This document shows positions 37,457-49,000 of a DNA stretch of 64,000 nt, in pieces. A model generated the notes under the pieces. That model did not search any database, was not told the DNA's origin, and saw only the letters and a program-made list of their open reading frames with translations. Position 1 is the first letter of the stretch. The number at the start of each line of letters is the position of its first letter. The DNA comes from Nemertoderma westbladi (lineage: Eukaryota > Animalia > Xenacoelomorpha). The stretch lies in the NCBI GenBank assembly GCA_032718475.1, contig JAUCBJ010008363.1, positions 248,001 through 312,000 of the forward strand, read 5' to 3'. Made by a program: the position numbers and the translations under genes.

Positions 37457-39922
37457 CTACTACTACTACTACTACTAGGATCGGCATGCTGCATTGCAGC
37501 TGCATTTTTAAGAATGCTGTGCCGGCTTATCAACAAATTTGCACCGCCACAACTCCCTATCACCCATGACATTTGCTAGATCATCCGCATCTTTAAGGCC
37601 AGTGTCCTTTAAGATGCGTCTCAAGAAAGTCATGGGCTGTCCACCATGCTTATTCACTCCATGAGGCTGCCAAAGTACAAGATTATGCACTGGCTGGTCC
37701 TCACGGCGAAAGCAATGTCCTGCAAAGCGGAGGCGATTTTGTTCTTGTGTCAAGCTTGGGGGAACCAATGAGACACCTCCAATGTTATATAGTGTCTGGT
37801 TGGAGATGTGTGCATTGTACTTGACACAATGAACCCGGCGTAGCATTCTTGTGAAAGTGCCATCCAGAGATTTGGTGTCCTCAGCAGTTAGAGCCCAGCA
37901 TGGACTCCCGTAGAGGAGTACTGGAACTACTGCTGCTCTAAATAATCGTACCTTAAGTTTCCGATTAATTCTCGGTGACTTCCAAATCCTGGAAAGCCTA
38001 TTCAAGGCTGCCCATGCCTTTCCCTTACGTATTCGAAGGTCCTCACCTGACTTCCGGATCCATGATCCCAGGTAACAGAAGTCGTCCACATGCTCAAGCA
38101 TACCATCCTTTGAGCTTATGCTCATCCGATCAGAGACTTGCTGAGGACTTTCAAAGTTAACTGTCAGAATTTTGGTCTTTCTGGAGTTAATAAAAAGACC
38201 AACACTAGAAGCAGCATGTTCTAATGAGCTGAGGAGCCGTTGGGCTCCCTCTAATGATTCTGAGAGTACTCCTAAGTAATCAGCAAAGTCTAGATCAGTT
38301 AGGTACTTGGCAGGATTTCCTCGACTTCTGGAGCCAGTAGGTGGAGTTATCATCACCCCATCATCATTATGATGATCTAAGGACATGCGTAGAACATAGT
38401 CAACCACAATAATGAACAAGAATGGTGCAAGTGTGTCTCCTTGGAGGACGCCCCATAACACTTCAAATGGTTCTGTGTCACCGTCAACAGTAGACACAAA
38501 TGTTGTCGAACCATCGTATACTGATCTGATTGCTGCAATAATTTCATCAGGAATCCCATATAATGAAAGTATGCTGAACATACGTGAGCGAGAGACTGAA
38601 TCAAAGGCCTTGAAGAAGTCAACAAAGATAACAGCCAGATGCCTGTCTTTCTTTTTTGATAATTCTTCAATTATCCTTCTAAGTGCCAAAATGGGCTCCA
38701 TGGTCCCACGACCTTTACGGAACCCATTCTGATTTCCACGGAGCAGTCTCTCAATGGGATCCCTGATGCGATTTAATAGAATCCTATTGTATAGCTTTGC
38801 AGCAATCGAGATCAATGAGATTCCCCGAAAAGAACCATAGAGTGTTAGGTTGCCCTTCTTGGGAACTGGCACCAACTTGTTTGTTTTCATTTCTTGTGGG
38901 ACTCTTGTTGTACGGTACATGTCTACTATGATGGGATAGATGAGCTTTAAACACTCAGGTATTTTAAAGACCTCAGGGGGAACACCATCTACTCCACTGG
39001 CACGATTGGTCTTAATGCTCTTTGCAGCAGCCTTCACTTCTGCAAAGGAGATATCGCCAATGGGAATATCTGGGAGTACAGACTCAGACACCTTTACTTC
39101 TATAAAGTTATCAGGCAATACCCTGTCATTATTGAGGAGCTTTTCAAAGTGGGCTTTCCAACCATTGAGGCGATCGGCTGGTGATTCAGCCTTAACCTTG
39201 GTGGTTGGTTGGCTTTTCCGCCCAGTAAGCAGATTGATCGATTTCCATGCCTGGGATGATTGCCTGCTGTCGTCAGCATCATTGATGGCATCAACCTGTT
39301 GGTTTATTAGCTCCTGTAGATTAACAGAGTACTGCCTGTTCAGGGACCTAGATGCAGCCTTAACTGCATTCTTGGCCGCTGTAGTCTGTTTGAGTCGGGA
39401 CTCTTTCTGCGCCTTGTAGAGGTCATTTCGGCACTTCTGAATTTTGTTGTCAGTCCAGGGGGCCCGTTTCCTGTTTCGAGGGTATACAGGAACTGTTTCT
39501 GCAGCTGCTAACTTAACTGCCTCTGTGAAGGCAGTATAGCCCTCACAGTGATCTGCCGCCTCAGAGGCAAGAGCCTCATACCTGTTGCTCAGCTGTAGTG
39601 TGAAGCTGGATCTCACACTTGGCTGTTGCAACAGAGAGGACCAGTCATGGCGCGGCAAGGCAGATTTCGTTGTTCTGCTAGCACGCAGACTAAGTCTTAC
39701 CTTGGCCACAATAAGGCGGTGATCACTGGAGAAGGGTCGAAGTGTAAATGCATTACAGTCTTGTATAGAGCTCCTGTATTTCCTACGAAACAGAATATGG
39801 TCTATCTGGGACTTGTGACCACTGGGTCCACTATGAGTCCATAGCTTTCCAGTTCGCTTCTTGAACTGGGTTCCAGCCGAAAACAATCCATTTCCAGAGA
39901 TATATTTATAACTATAAATATA
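37457..39922 (-). mobile_element. 5'-truncated non-LTR retrotransposon (RTE-like LINE) with (TAG)n tail
   Basis: 11-bp TSD TCATATTTATA at 37446-37456 and 39923-39933. (CTA)7 tail at 37457-37477. 3' UTR of ~30 bp. Reverse transcriptase ORF present. Short 3' UTR with a short tandem-repeat tail is typical of RTE. Confidence 0.93.
37508..39886 (-). CDS. LINE ORF, N-terminally truncated: C-terminal part of AP endonuclease plus reverse transcriptase; probably non-functional
   Basis: 792 uninterrupted codons. Endonuclease motifs SQIDHIL and SDH. RT motifs VPKKG, FRGISL, QNGFRKGR, FVDFFKAFDSV, QGDTLAPFLF, DFADY (consensus F/YADD) and FCYLGS. The listed start is TTG next to the truncation point, not a real start. 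Confidence 0.92.
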   Translation of the reverse strand: MFSAGTQFKKRTGKLWTHSGPSGHKSQIDHILFRRKYRSSIQDCNAFTLRPFSSDHRLIVAKVRLSLRASRTTKSALPRHDWSSLLQQPSVRSSFTLQLSNRYEALASEAADHCEGYTAFTEAVKLAAAETVPVYPRNRKRAPWTDNKIQKCRNDLYKAQKESRLKQTTAAKNAVKAASRSLNRQYSVNLQELINQQVDAINDADDSRQSSQAWKSINLLTGRKSQPTTKVKAESPADRLNGWKAHFEKLLNNDRVLPDNFIEVKVSESVLPDIPIGDISFAEVKAAAKSIKTNRASGVDGVPPEVFKIPECLKLIYPIIVDMYRTTRVPQEMKTNKLVPVPKKGNLTLYGSFRGISLISIAAKLYNRILLNRIRDPIERLLRGNQNGFRKGRGTMEPILALRRIIEELSKKKDRHLAVIFVDFFKAFDSVSRSRMFSILSLYGIPDEIIAAIRSVYDGSTTFVSTVDGDTEPFEVLWGVLQGDTLAPFLFIIVVDYVLRMSLDHHNDDGVMITPPTGSRSRGNPAKYLTDLDFADYLGVLSESLEGAQRLLSSLEHAASSVGLFINSRKTKILTVNFESPQQVSDRMSISSKDGMLEHVDDFCYLGSWIRKSGEDLRIRKGKAWAALNRLSRIWKSPRINRKLKVRLFRAAVVPVLLYGSPCWALTAEDTKSLDGTFTRMLRRVHCVKYNAHISNQTLYNIGGVSLVPPSLTQEQNRLRFAGHCFRREDQPVHNLVLWQPHGVNKHGGQPMTFLRRILKDTGLKDADDLANVMGDRELWRCKFVDKPAQHS

Positions 39923-40038
39923 TCATATTTATAACTTCTAACCCACTCCAAGAGATAGACAATCTTAAACGAAAGTCAAAAGAACAGGTAACACTTACAT
40001 TTATAGAAGTAATCAGCTATTCTTTGCTTCGCCTTTCC
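39923..40038. repeat. 116-bp satellite fragment between the LINE and the BEL element
   Basis: Continues the interrupted monomer and matches 25402-25517. Confidence 0.95.
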
Positions 40039-40358
40039 AACACCCTCTGCCTCCACTGTGGGCGGCGTCCGTAGCGTGGGTCAGGGTTCGGGGATGGGGC
40101 TGGGATCCGTGGGGTGGGGCTCGCAAGGCGATACTGACTCACCTGGCAGGGTAACCTATACTCTAAGTCGTGCTATCTCTAACATTCTTGTGTGCAATAA
40201 TATTAATTATTATTTCTTAATATTTACTAATAATATATTTCATTATAAATAATTATTAAAATAAATAATTAAATAATTAAATAATAATTATACTATACGC
40301 TAAATAATTATACTGTATAATACGGACTAATATATGTACAGCGCCATATATCGTAAAA
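40039..40358 (-). repeat. Remnant of the 3' LTR (5' portion only)
   Basis: The minus strand from 40358 reads TTTTACGATATATGGCGCTGTACAT..TATTAGTCCGTA, versus the solo LTR start TGTTACGGTATATGGCGCTGTATCC..TATTAGTC. Similarity fades after ~45 bp, so the extent is uncertain. Confidence 0.6.
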
Positions 40359-41212
40359 CCGCTCCAAGGGAAACAAGTAATGTTTCCCTCCAATTGTAGA
40401 AGAATATAGGGCGATGTAAAATAAACAAAATAAAACTTACTTTCAAATAATCTAATTAACTTGGTACCATAATAGTTCTAAATATTTACAAAATATTGCA
40501 GATATATTGCATAATGGGTTTGCATACAAATCAAATTTACAAAAATATTATCTCTCTCAATATTAACGATTATTACATACAAATTAAATTTACAAAAATA
40601 CTGCTTTCTCATTCATACTACATAATGATTACTACATACAAAATTAAATTTACAAAATATTACTTTCATTTATTTACAAATTGACGGTCTACCTATTGAA
40701 ATGGAACATGGCTAGGACAATGTCCCCCATTTCCCATCTCAAATTAACGATCAACATTAACAAAATAAACTAAATATAAACGTATTTGAGGCTAAATTTT
40801 TAACTAAATTGCATTAAAGGCTGATAATCAAACTAAATATAAAATACGTAATAATTTCTTTCATTTTGGGACTTTACTTAATTTCTTATAAAAAACGCAA
40901 ATCATCTTGGTTTGATGATTGCTCAGGTAAGTGGTGAAAGGAGTAAGCCAAACCCGCGGGTTTGTCTCCCCAATCACTTCCTTTGCCTCTTTCAATAAAC
41001 TTTAGAGCAAATAAAGTCATTTACACAAAATCAAATATAGTATAAAGTATTTAATATTTCCAACAGACTACAAAGTGAAAGTATTTCCTTTCAACATTTT
41101 TCAGCCTTCGAAAATAAAATTATAAAATATGGATGCAACTAGTGTATATAAGTCCAGTCGAATGATTGATCAAAACCTACGATATACATCAGAGCTACGA
41201 TGATGTATATGT

Positions 41213-41657
41213 CTAGAGTTTGTCGGTCTGTGATATTATAGTCTCATCGGCTAGCTCCTGGGTCTCTCGGGCTCGCTCCTCTCCTTTGTCCCCTCCCCAG
41301 ATACACCAGTCTACCCCCTGTAGACTTTGTTGATGGCGTCCTTGAGGCGTCACTTCCCGGAACCGGAGACGACGTTCCCTGGCCCCGACTGTTTCTCGGC
41401 TGGTGCTCCTCCCTCGGCCTCGTCCCATTTGCCGTGTCCCTGTGGGTGCCTCCCCCAACTCCTCCTTCTGCAACTGTATCAAATGGAACTGCTTGTCCTT
41501 GGCTTGACGCTTACCAAGGACTCCTCCTTCTGATACTTGCCGCAAGCTGTGAGCTCCGGCTGTTGTCGCTGTGGGCGCGGCGGTCCTGATCCTCCACTCG
41601 TTCAGAGGTCAATGACCCCAAACGAGTCTCCTTGATGTATATATATATATATATGTA

Positions 41658-41690
<33 letters not shown>

Positions 41691-42386
41691 CTAGATGTAT
41701 ATATCAGAGTGACGATGATATATAAAGGATTGGACATATTCGGGCTTAATAATGCTGCGTCAAAACTTCCTGAAATAATTTCGATTAAATATCGTATAAA
41801 TCGCGGATCGTGGGTATAGTTAGTAGACGGATGGACGGCGCGAATCTTGTCTGGATACTCAGGCATGAGCTTCCTCTCCTGGTGAAGCGAAGTGAACGTG
41901 GTCCAGGAACTTGAGTTCTGTGCCGCTTTGCGCCGCGCCTCTAGGTCCTTATAGGCTCGGTATAGCGAAATGGCCGCCGCCGTGTCTATGCCGTGTCGAA
42001 CAGGTTTTAATCTTCGTATACGGATCTAAAGTCGTAACGGTCGGCGTAATGGGTTTCAGAGGTCTCTTTCTGCTAAAGTCGATACTGATCATCGGGTTGT
42101 TCATCGGGTAATCTCCCTCATTGTATCTAAGAAACTGGTGAGCTTGACACAGCGTTAATATCGATTCAGGATGCTGCTCGTTCAGTCAATCGGGAATTGC
42201 TACGTCTTGCTTATTCGTGCATTTGCTGCATTTAGAGAACAACTTGTATACGCTGAAAACCTTTGGCGTCTCCTGATCCTGGCCTCGAGTCCTCCGGTAA
42301 AGATGCATCCCGTCGAATTGATCTCGGACGGCAGGTAGCAGTTCATTGTGCCGCAAATACATATATCCCAATAGTTCGTTACGCAA
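41213..42386 (-). pseudogene. Degraded extra ORF of unknown function downstream of BEL pol
   Basis: GC-richer block. One frame is open 42386-41949 with a single internal TGA at 42186-42188. An overlapping frame is open ~42024-41609. An R/E/G-rich tail runs to 41213. Interrupted by (TA)n. Confidence 0.5.
41637..41690. repeat. (TA)n microsatellite, imperfect
   Basis: Direct reading of the sequence. Confidence 0.95.
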
Positions 42387-43041
42387 ACCAATTACACTGT
42401 GGGTAAATCAGTTAGATGGTGCGGAGGGACAAACTTCCCGAGCTGCCCGGCCGCCTTCCAGCAGTTCAGGTTCGGCTCTCTAGATCCCGTCTCATTCCTA
42501 ACTACCCCCTAACCTATTCCCATGCATAGCGCAAAAACTTCGGAGATAAACTGGCTGTGACCAACTCACTTTTTGATGCCCAAGTTACTCCCCAATACTT
42601 GTACTAGACTACAGTAGTTAGAAATACAATAGTTTTGGCACTCGACTATACCAAACCCACAGTTTTGATAATCGAGCACCTCTCTCCACTGCAAACTACT
42701 GAGTGGGGTCTGTGTACGCCTCTGGTGCTACTAACCTTTAGCACCTTGGTTGTTGTACTGTTAGCATCAATCTGTGGAAGTTACTGAACTAAATTTACAC
42801 TCCTACATAATATAGCCGTCACCATGGTTTCTAAATGCTATTTTCCAGGCTTCACGACTTTTCAAATTACTGTATATCTATAGACGAATTCTAGAACGCG
42901 TCTATACACAGCGTTTGGAATTGTCTTGGGTTCACTTCTAATTTTAAAATTTTCCAAACATTTTTGAAAATAAATTTTGTTTTGATTCCCACCAGACAAA
43001 TTCTCAAAGCAAATCACCACAATCCCGCTCCTATGCATTTC

Positions 43042-46000
43042 CTAGTATTTGCATACGAGGAATGCATATGAAGTGAGTTTGCGTCCAACACTAATTTTGG
43101 TTTGAGGCAGGAGACAAATTATAATCTCGATGCGTGTCTCCTCTAATAACACGATATCTTGGACCGGTTGGTCCAAGGTGTGTAAACTATTAGTTTTATA
43201 CTTCTTTGGGTGCGGACACTTGCACCTTATTTTTACAGTGACGGTACGCACTATATTTTGCACGTCTGGGTGTATGTGCAAGATGACTCCGGTTTCCCAA
43301 TATTTTCTCTTGACAACTGGTTCGGTTATTAATACATAGTCTCCTCTTTGGAGGCTCCGAACCGTTTTGTACCACTTCGATCTGGTGGATATGGTGGGAA
43401 GATAATATTCCCGCCAATATTCCCAGAACGTGTATGCGACAAACTGTGTTATTTTCCAGCTCTTACGACTGCATAGGTCGGCACTAATGGGTTCTGACGC
43501 CGGCACAAGAAATGCTGGACTCTGCATTAGCAAATGATTCGGCGTTAATGCAACACCGTCTGGCAACATAGCTATCGGCCTCGAGTTTAGTGTATGCTTG
43601 ATTTCGATGAAAGCTGTTACCAGCTCGTCGTCGGTAAGTTGTTTGTTTACAGGCAATGTCTTAGCAATAGCTTGCTTTATGGAGCGAACCAAACGCTCCC
43701 AACTTCGTCCTCTCCAGGGACTTTCTTGAGTGTTAAATCTCCACTCCACTCTTTGCGGCAAAAGTGCTGCAGAAATTTCTCTATTCTGCACCGCCCTATG
43801 AGCCGTGTTCAACTCGCTATTCCCTCCGACAAAGTTTGTACCCTTGTCGAAGTAGAATGCCTTTACTACTCCTCTCCTGGCCAAGAAATATCTTTAAGGC
43901 CCAGAGTAGAGATTTGGTCGACATGTGTGCCACACGCTCTATATGTATGGCTCTACTAGCCATGCATATCAGTAGCAGGCCCAATCGTTTGTGGGTCAGC
44001 CGTCCACTCTTAGCCTCAATCGGACCAAAGCAGTCCACCCCTGTATTTGTAAAGGGTGGGTCATATGCCTGCACTCTCGCTTCTGGGAGATCAGCCATCT
44101 CCTGTTCCAATACTCTGGCGTTCACTCTCTTGCAAAACAGACAGGCGTCGTACGTAGTACCTACTGCCCTGCTTGGCTGCAATATAATGAATCGCTGTCT
44201 GCTGCTGACAAACAGTGTAACTTTCCCGCATGATGCAACCTCTTATGTATATCCCATAGAATCGCTCTTTGCAACTCTATTGGGTGACTAGGGATTATCA
44301 CTGGGAACCTAAACTGTGAGTTTATATCGACAGTCTGGATTCTCGATCTATGACAAATGAAACCCTTATGGATTAATGGGCTCCATTTTCTAAGGGGTTT
44401 GTAGAGAACTGGTCGTTGAGCCGATAATAGATAGAATTCTTTCGGGAAGGCACACATTTGATAATGCTTCAAATGCTTTAATTCCGCTTGATCAATCTCA
44501 TCATCTGTCAGAGGTTGTTTTAATTTCTGAATTCGCTCAATATTAGGGCTCATTTGTTCTCCTAAATGTTTCGAATGTTTTAAACAAAGGTACGAAACGT
44601 ATCAGCTTAATCACGCAGTTCTTTTACAAATTGTCAGCCTTGAGGCAGACAAATTTAGTAATTTGTCATAAATACTACATGGCTCTAATGCCAGCGACGG
44701 TTGCCCGCTAGCTAATGGAAGTTTCAAATCCAAACCTGCAGGTTTGGAAACCAAAGGTTCCATTGTGTCGGTCATTTTCTGTCCGTCACTCACTAATTGT
44801 GACCGTCGTCTAGTCAGTAAGGGTGGTTTTATGTCATAACTTACCCTTCCGGATCTAGTAGTCACGTAAGTCTGTAGGTCTGACAGGTCTCCGGGCCGCT
44901 CCAATGACTCTTCAGGCCACTCCAATGACTATTCAAGCCACTCCAATGACTTGAGTTTGGCTTTCGACTTAGACTTGGAGACTTTTTCCACTTTGACTTC
45001 TGCGTCCTCAGGTATCGGATTGACTATCTTCAGTCGCTTTGGCCAATGTTCCTGTGTCCTTGTTAGAAAATCAGGTCCATGCAACCAAAACTCCTGGGAG
45101 TCCTCCTGACAGAATTCCGCCGGCATAGCACCTCTCAAAGTTATGTCGGCCGGGTTTAACACTCCCGGACAATGTCTCCATTGTTACTTCTTCGAAAAGT
45201 CGACGATCTGAGCGCATCTGTTGGCCACAAATGTCTTTAGTGCAATATTTTCGGCTGCAATGTATACTAACACCAAGGATGCGTCCATCCAATAGAATAA
45301 GGTCAATGTCGTGTCTAACTCCTCTATTATCTGCTTACTTACCTCGACTGAGACTACTGCTGCCTGTAACTCTGCACGAGGGACAGTCATGTATTTGACC
45401 GGCATTGTCTTTGATCTAGAAGTCACAAAGGCCGTCTCAAACTTGTCCTGACTTACCTCTCGGCGAAGGAAGGCTACCATACCAAAGCCGGTGTCACTTG
45501 CGTCTCTAAATAAATGCAGTTTGAGATCAGCTGGAAATACCAGCTGATTCGGAAAGTAGGAGTGGGGTACATCTATAATTTTCAATAGATGCAACTCGGT
45601 TTCCCACTCTCTCCACTGCTTTGCATGTATAGGGGATATTGGTTTGTCCCACTCTAAGTCGGACAACCAAATTTTCCTCATTTTTATACTCGTGCCTGTA
45701 ATATTACCGGGCTGATAAAGTTCATTGGGTCAAATAGTCTACTCATTGTCGATAAGCAGATTCTCTTGGTCAAAACTTTGTCTGGACTACTGGGCTCAAA
45801 CCTTACTCTCACCTGGAACTTGTCCTTGTTCGGATTCCAAGTGAGTCCCAATACTCGCGCCATGGGGATGGGTTCTACCCCTAATTCTATGTCTCCGCTC
45901 CCGCGATCTTTCACCGGGAACGACTCTAATAGGGCCTCTGAGTTGGTAGTGAACTTGGTCAGAGGAAAACCCCCTGTAGCCAAGCACTCCTGTAGGCCGT

Positions 46001-49000
46001 GAGCCACTTTTATGGCTTGTTCCGCTGTGTCCTTGGACACCAATCCGTCGTCCATGTAGAAATTTCTCAAGATGGATTCAATAACGTCTACTGGATACTT
46101 ACCAATCTGGGCCGTTGCCGTTTTCTTTAGAACAAACAGCGTGCCGTTGGGACTATCGCGGGCACTGAATATCCTGACATACATCTGGTATGTAACCACT
46201 GGGCCGGATAGGTCTTCATTCTCATACCAGAGAAATCTGAGACTATCCTGGTCTGCCTTGCAGGCTCTTACCTGGTGGAACATCGCCTCGATGTCGCAAG
46301 TAAACGCGAATCGCCGCTGTCTAAAGCACAACAGTATTCCTATCAAATAATTATTCAAGTTTGGACCATCCATCAACTCTGAGTTCAGGGACATACCTCT
46401 ATAGACTGCTGCGCATTCGTTGACTACTCGGACCTTGTCTGGTTTGTCAGGGTGAGTCACATAGTGGTGTGGAAGGTAATAAGTCTGGTCCGTCACTAAG
46501 TCCGGGTCCTCTACCTTCCCAGCAAATCCCTTTGCAAAATAGTTGTTTATCTGGACGCAATACTTCTCCCTATCGTCTGGATTCTTCAGCAACCGAGCCC
46601 TTACTCCATTCAATCTTTTCAAGGCTAAGTTGTAGTTGTTCTCCAACTTAGGAGGTTGTCGACGCCACAACATTCCAACTTCAAAATGTCCTGTTGGTAG
46701 CAGACGTATGGTATCTTCCATCATCTCCAGCGACCGTTTCTCATCAGTGGACATGGTTAGGTCATACCCACCAGGTTCCATTGCATCCCTATCCATCCAT
46801 TCGAAGGTTCTAGCTCCTGTCTCGAGGTCTTGGCGTATCAATTCCTTCTGCAATTCTTCCTCACTGTATTGGAAAATGTCGAGGTCTCGATATCTATCCA
46901 CCTGACCCTCCACTATATCGGTATAAGTCAAAACGTTACTCAAATAGGTGGCGTGGGCCGCTGAACCAGACCCACGGGTCTGATAACAGTAGTCCTCGGG
47001 TTCACTATCTGTCCGGTCGTTATAAAGTGGTTCCGACAATCTATCATTATCGGGAATCAACTCCTTGTCCGACTCGCTAACGTCACTATAGTGGTCAATA
47101 CAGGTTCTCCTAAACTTGTCTATATCTGGTGGTTCTGCTAACGGTGGTTGAATTATAGGCTGTACTCCTTCGTGTCTATCCTTTGGCATGTCGCCACCTG
47201 TAAACTCATAAGACATGGGTACTCGTGTATACCAACCTAATATAGTCCTATGGCGTGTGGTCCATTTACATGCGGCTCAGCTGGTCTCGTTTCCCATATT
47301 TGGTGTCCGATCAGCTGTTCTGCACCAATTAACATAGATACATTCCTATAACCTACCTGGTGTCTCGGTACTCTGAGCTTGTCAAAATACTCCTGTGCTA
47401 TGGGACTCATCGGTGGCACCTTACCTAACTGCCTGCCGAACCCTTTCATAGCTAGACACTTGAATCCGTCTAATGGCAACGCCTTCCGTTCTTGTCGAGT
47501 GTGCTGGTCTCTCGGGAGTAGGGAGTCTAGTTCAACCGAAATCTTGTGTCCCTTGAGGTCCCCTACCCCGTGCATGGACTTTAACTCTATTTGGATCTCC
47601 TCTGCGTCCTGGAAGCTGGAAACGGCTCTCGCCACTTCCTCGTCGATATAAGATAATGTGGACGCAGTGTCCAGCATCACATATATTCTCTTTGATCCCT
47701 TGTCTCCAGTAAGTTTCACCGGAATCACACTGAATATTTCCGTTGTGGCCGATGATAAACACGTCCGTGCGCTGGTCGATGAACTATCCGCGGTGAAACC
47801 TTGGCAGGTCACCTCTCTTGCGCTCGCCTTGCCATCCTCGTCCGACGAACCTGGTTGATAACCATCGTCCTGGATGCTGGTGTACGTATTTTTCCTTATC
47901 GATACGGGATCTCTGCTCCCCTTCCTTTGAGGATTTCTCTGTAAGTAACAGTCTGTTGGGGTATGGAAATCCGCATGTAGCAACTTGTAATGTAATCTGC
48001 CGCATTCCATGCATCCGTCCTTACTGTTCGGGCACTGCCGCCGTACATGGCCTGGCGCAAGACATGCCCAACAGGTGTCCAACGTCCGCACTTGAACTCT
48101 TCTCTGTTCCGAAGTTAATTCTTTGAACTGTCTGCAACTATCTAACTTATGGTCGTCAGATCTTACCTCCTTTAGTAAACAGAATTGGCAACCTACAAAT
48201 CCAACTGGCAACTCCTGTTGCTTTACCTTAGGTCTATCTGACCGCTCATTTGACCATACTTGTGAGTCTGATCTAAAGGCAGGGGTACTCAAATTATATC
48301 TGTCTACTGAGTTAAAAGTTACAGTGGTTTTGTCATCGTCAAAACTTACCATTGACTTACCGGTAACAGGTTTAGACTCTCTCATATTCTCCTCTGAGAA
48401 ATTTGATTTCATCTCTGCTACCGCATCTGTGGCTATCATGTCATGGATATGTTGAAGTGTCAACACCTTACCTTGACCCTCCAACCTATTCTCTAATTTG
48501 CGCCATTTCTGTCGGTAACGCATGTTTAAACGTCTTATTTTGCTCTTTAAAACTTCGACGTAATCACCATGATGAGGTAGATTTACTGTCCTTAAGATGT
48601 CTAATGCGTTTGAAATAGCGTTCGCCAAGTTGAACAGCTCTAACGGAGTTGTAATCCTTCCGCCTTTACCCAAGTCTTCCACTATCGACTGTGCCATCTT
48701 GGTTTTATTCCCGTAGATATTGCTAAGCGTCTTCATTGCTAACTCAAATGCTTATTCATTGCCAACAAAGTTGTCAGCAATGGCTCTAGGTTCTCGATGG
48801 AGAATCTGAAGCAGATAGTTGAACTTCTCATTGGGAGTAAAGGTGCTGTTGGTCAGCTGTTCGTCGACATAGGTTTTGAACGTCCTCCAATGTCTATGGT
48901 TACCCATAAACTTCTGGGGTTGATGCGTCGGCAGTCCTTGCCTAGCAGCAAACTTACCTATGACTCTAAGGGTTGCGTCGTTCCGGGTTAACAAATGGTT

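Noticed and set aside
37975-39844. Plus-strand and alternative-frame ORFs overlapping the LINE RT
   Set aside because: These are shadow ORFs of a real coding frame and show no motifs.
41609-41720. Hydrophobic LYIIVTLIY..YIYIYI stretch as an env transmembrane anchor
   Set aside because: Most of it is translation of the (TA)n microsatellite, which is insufficient to call env.
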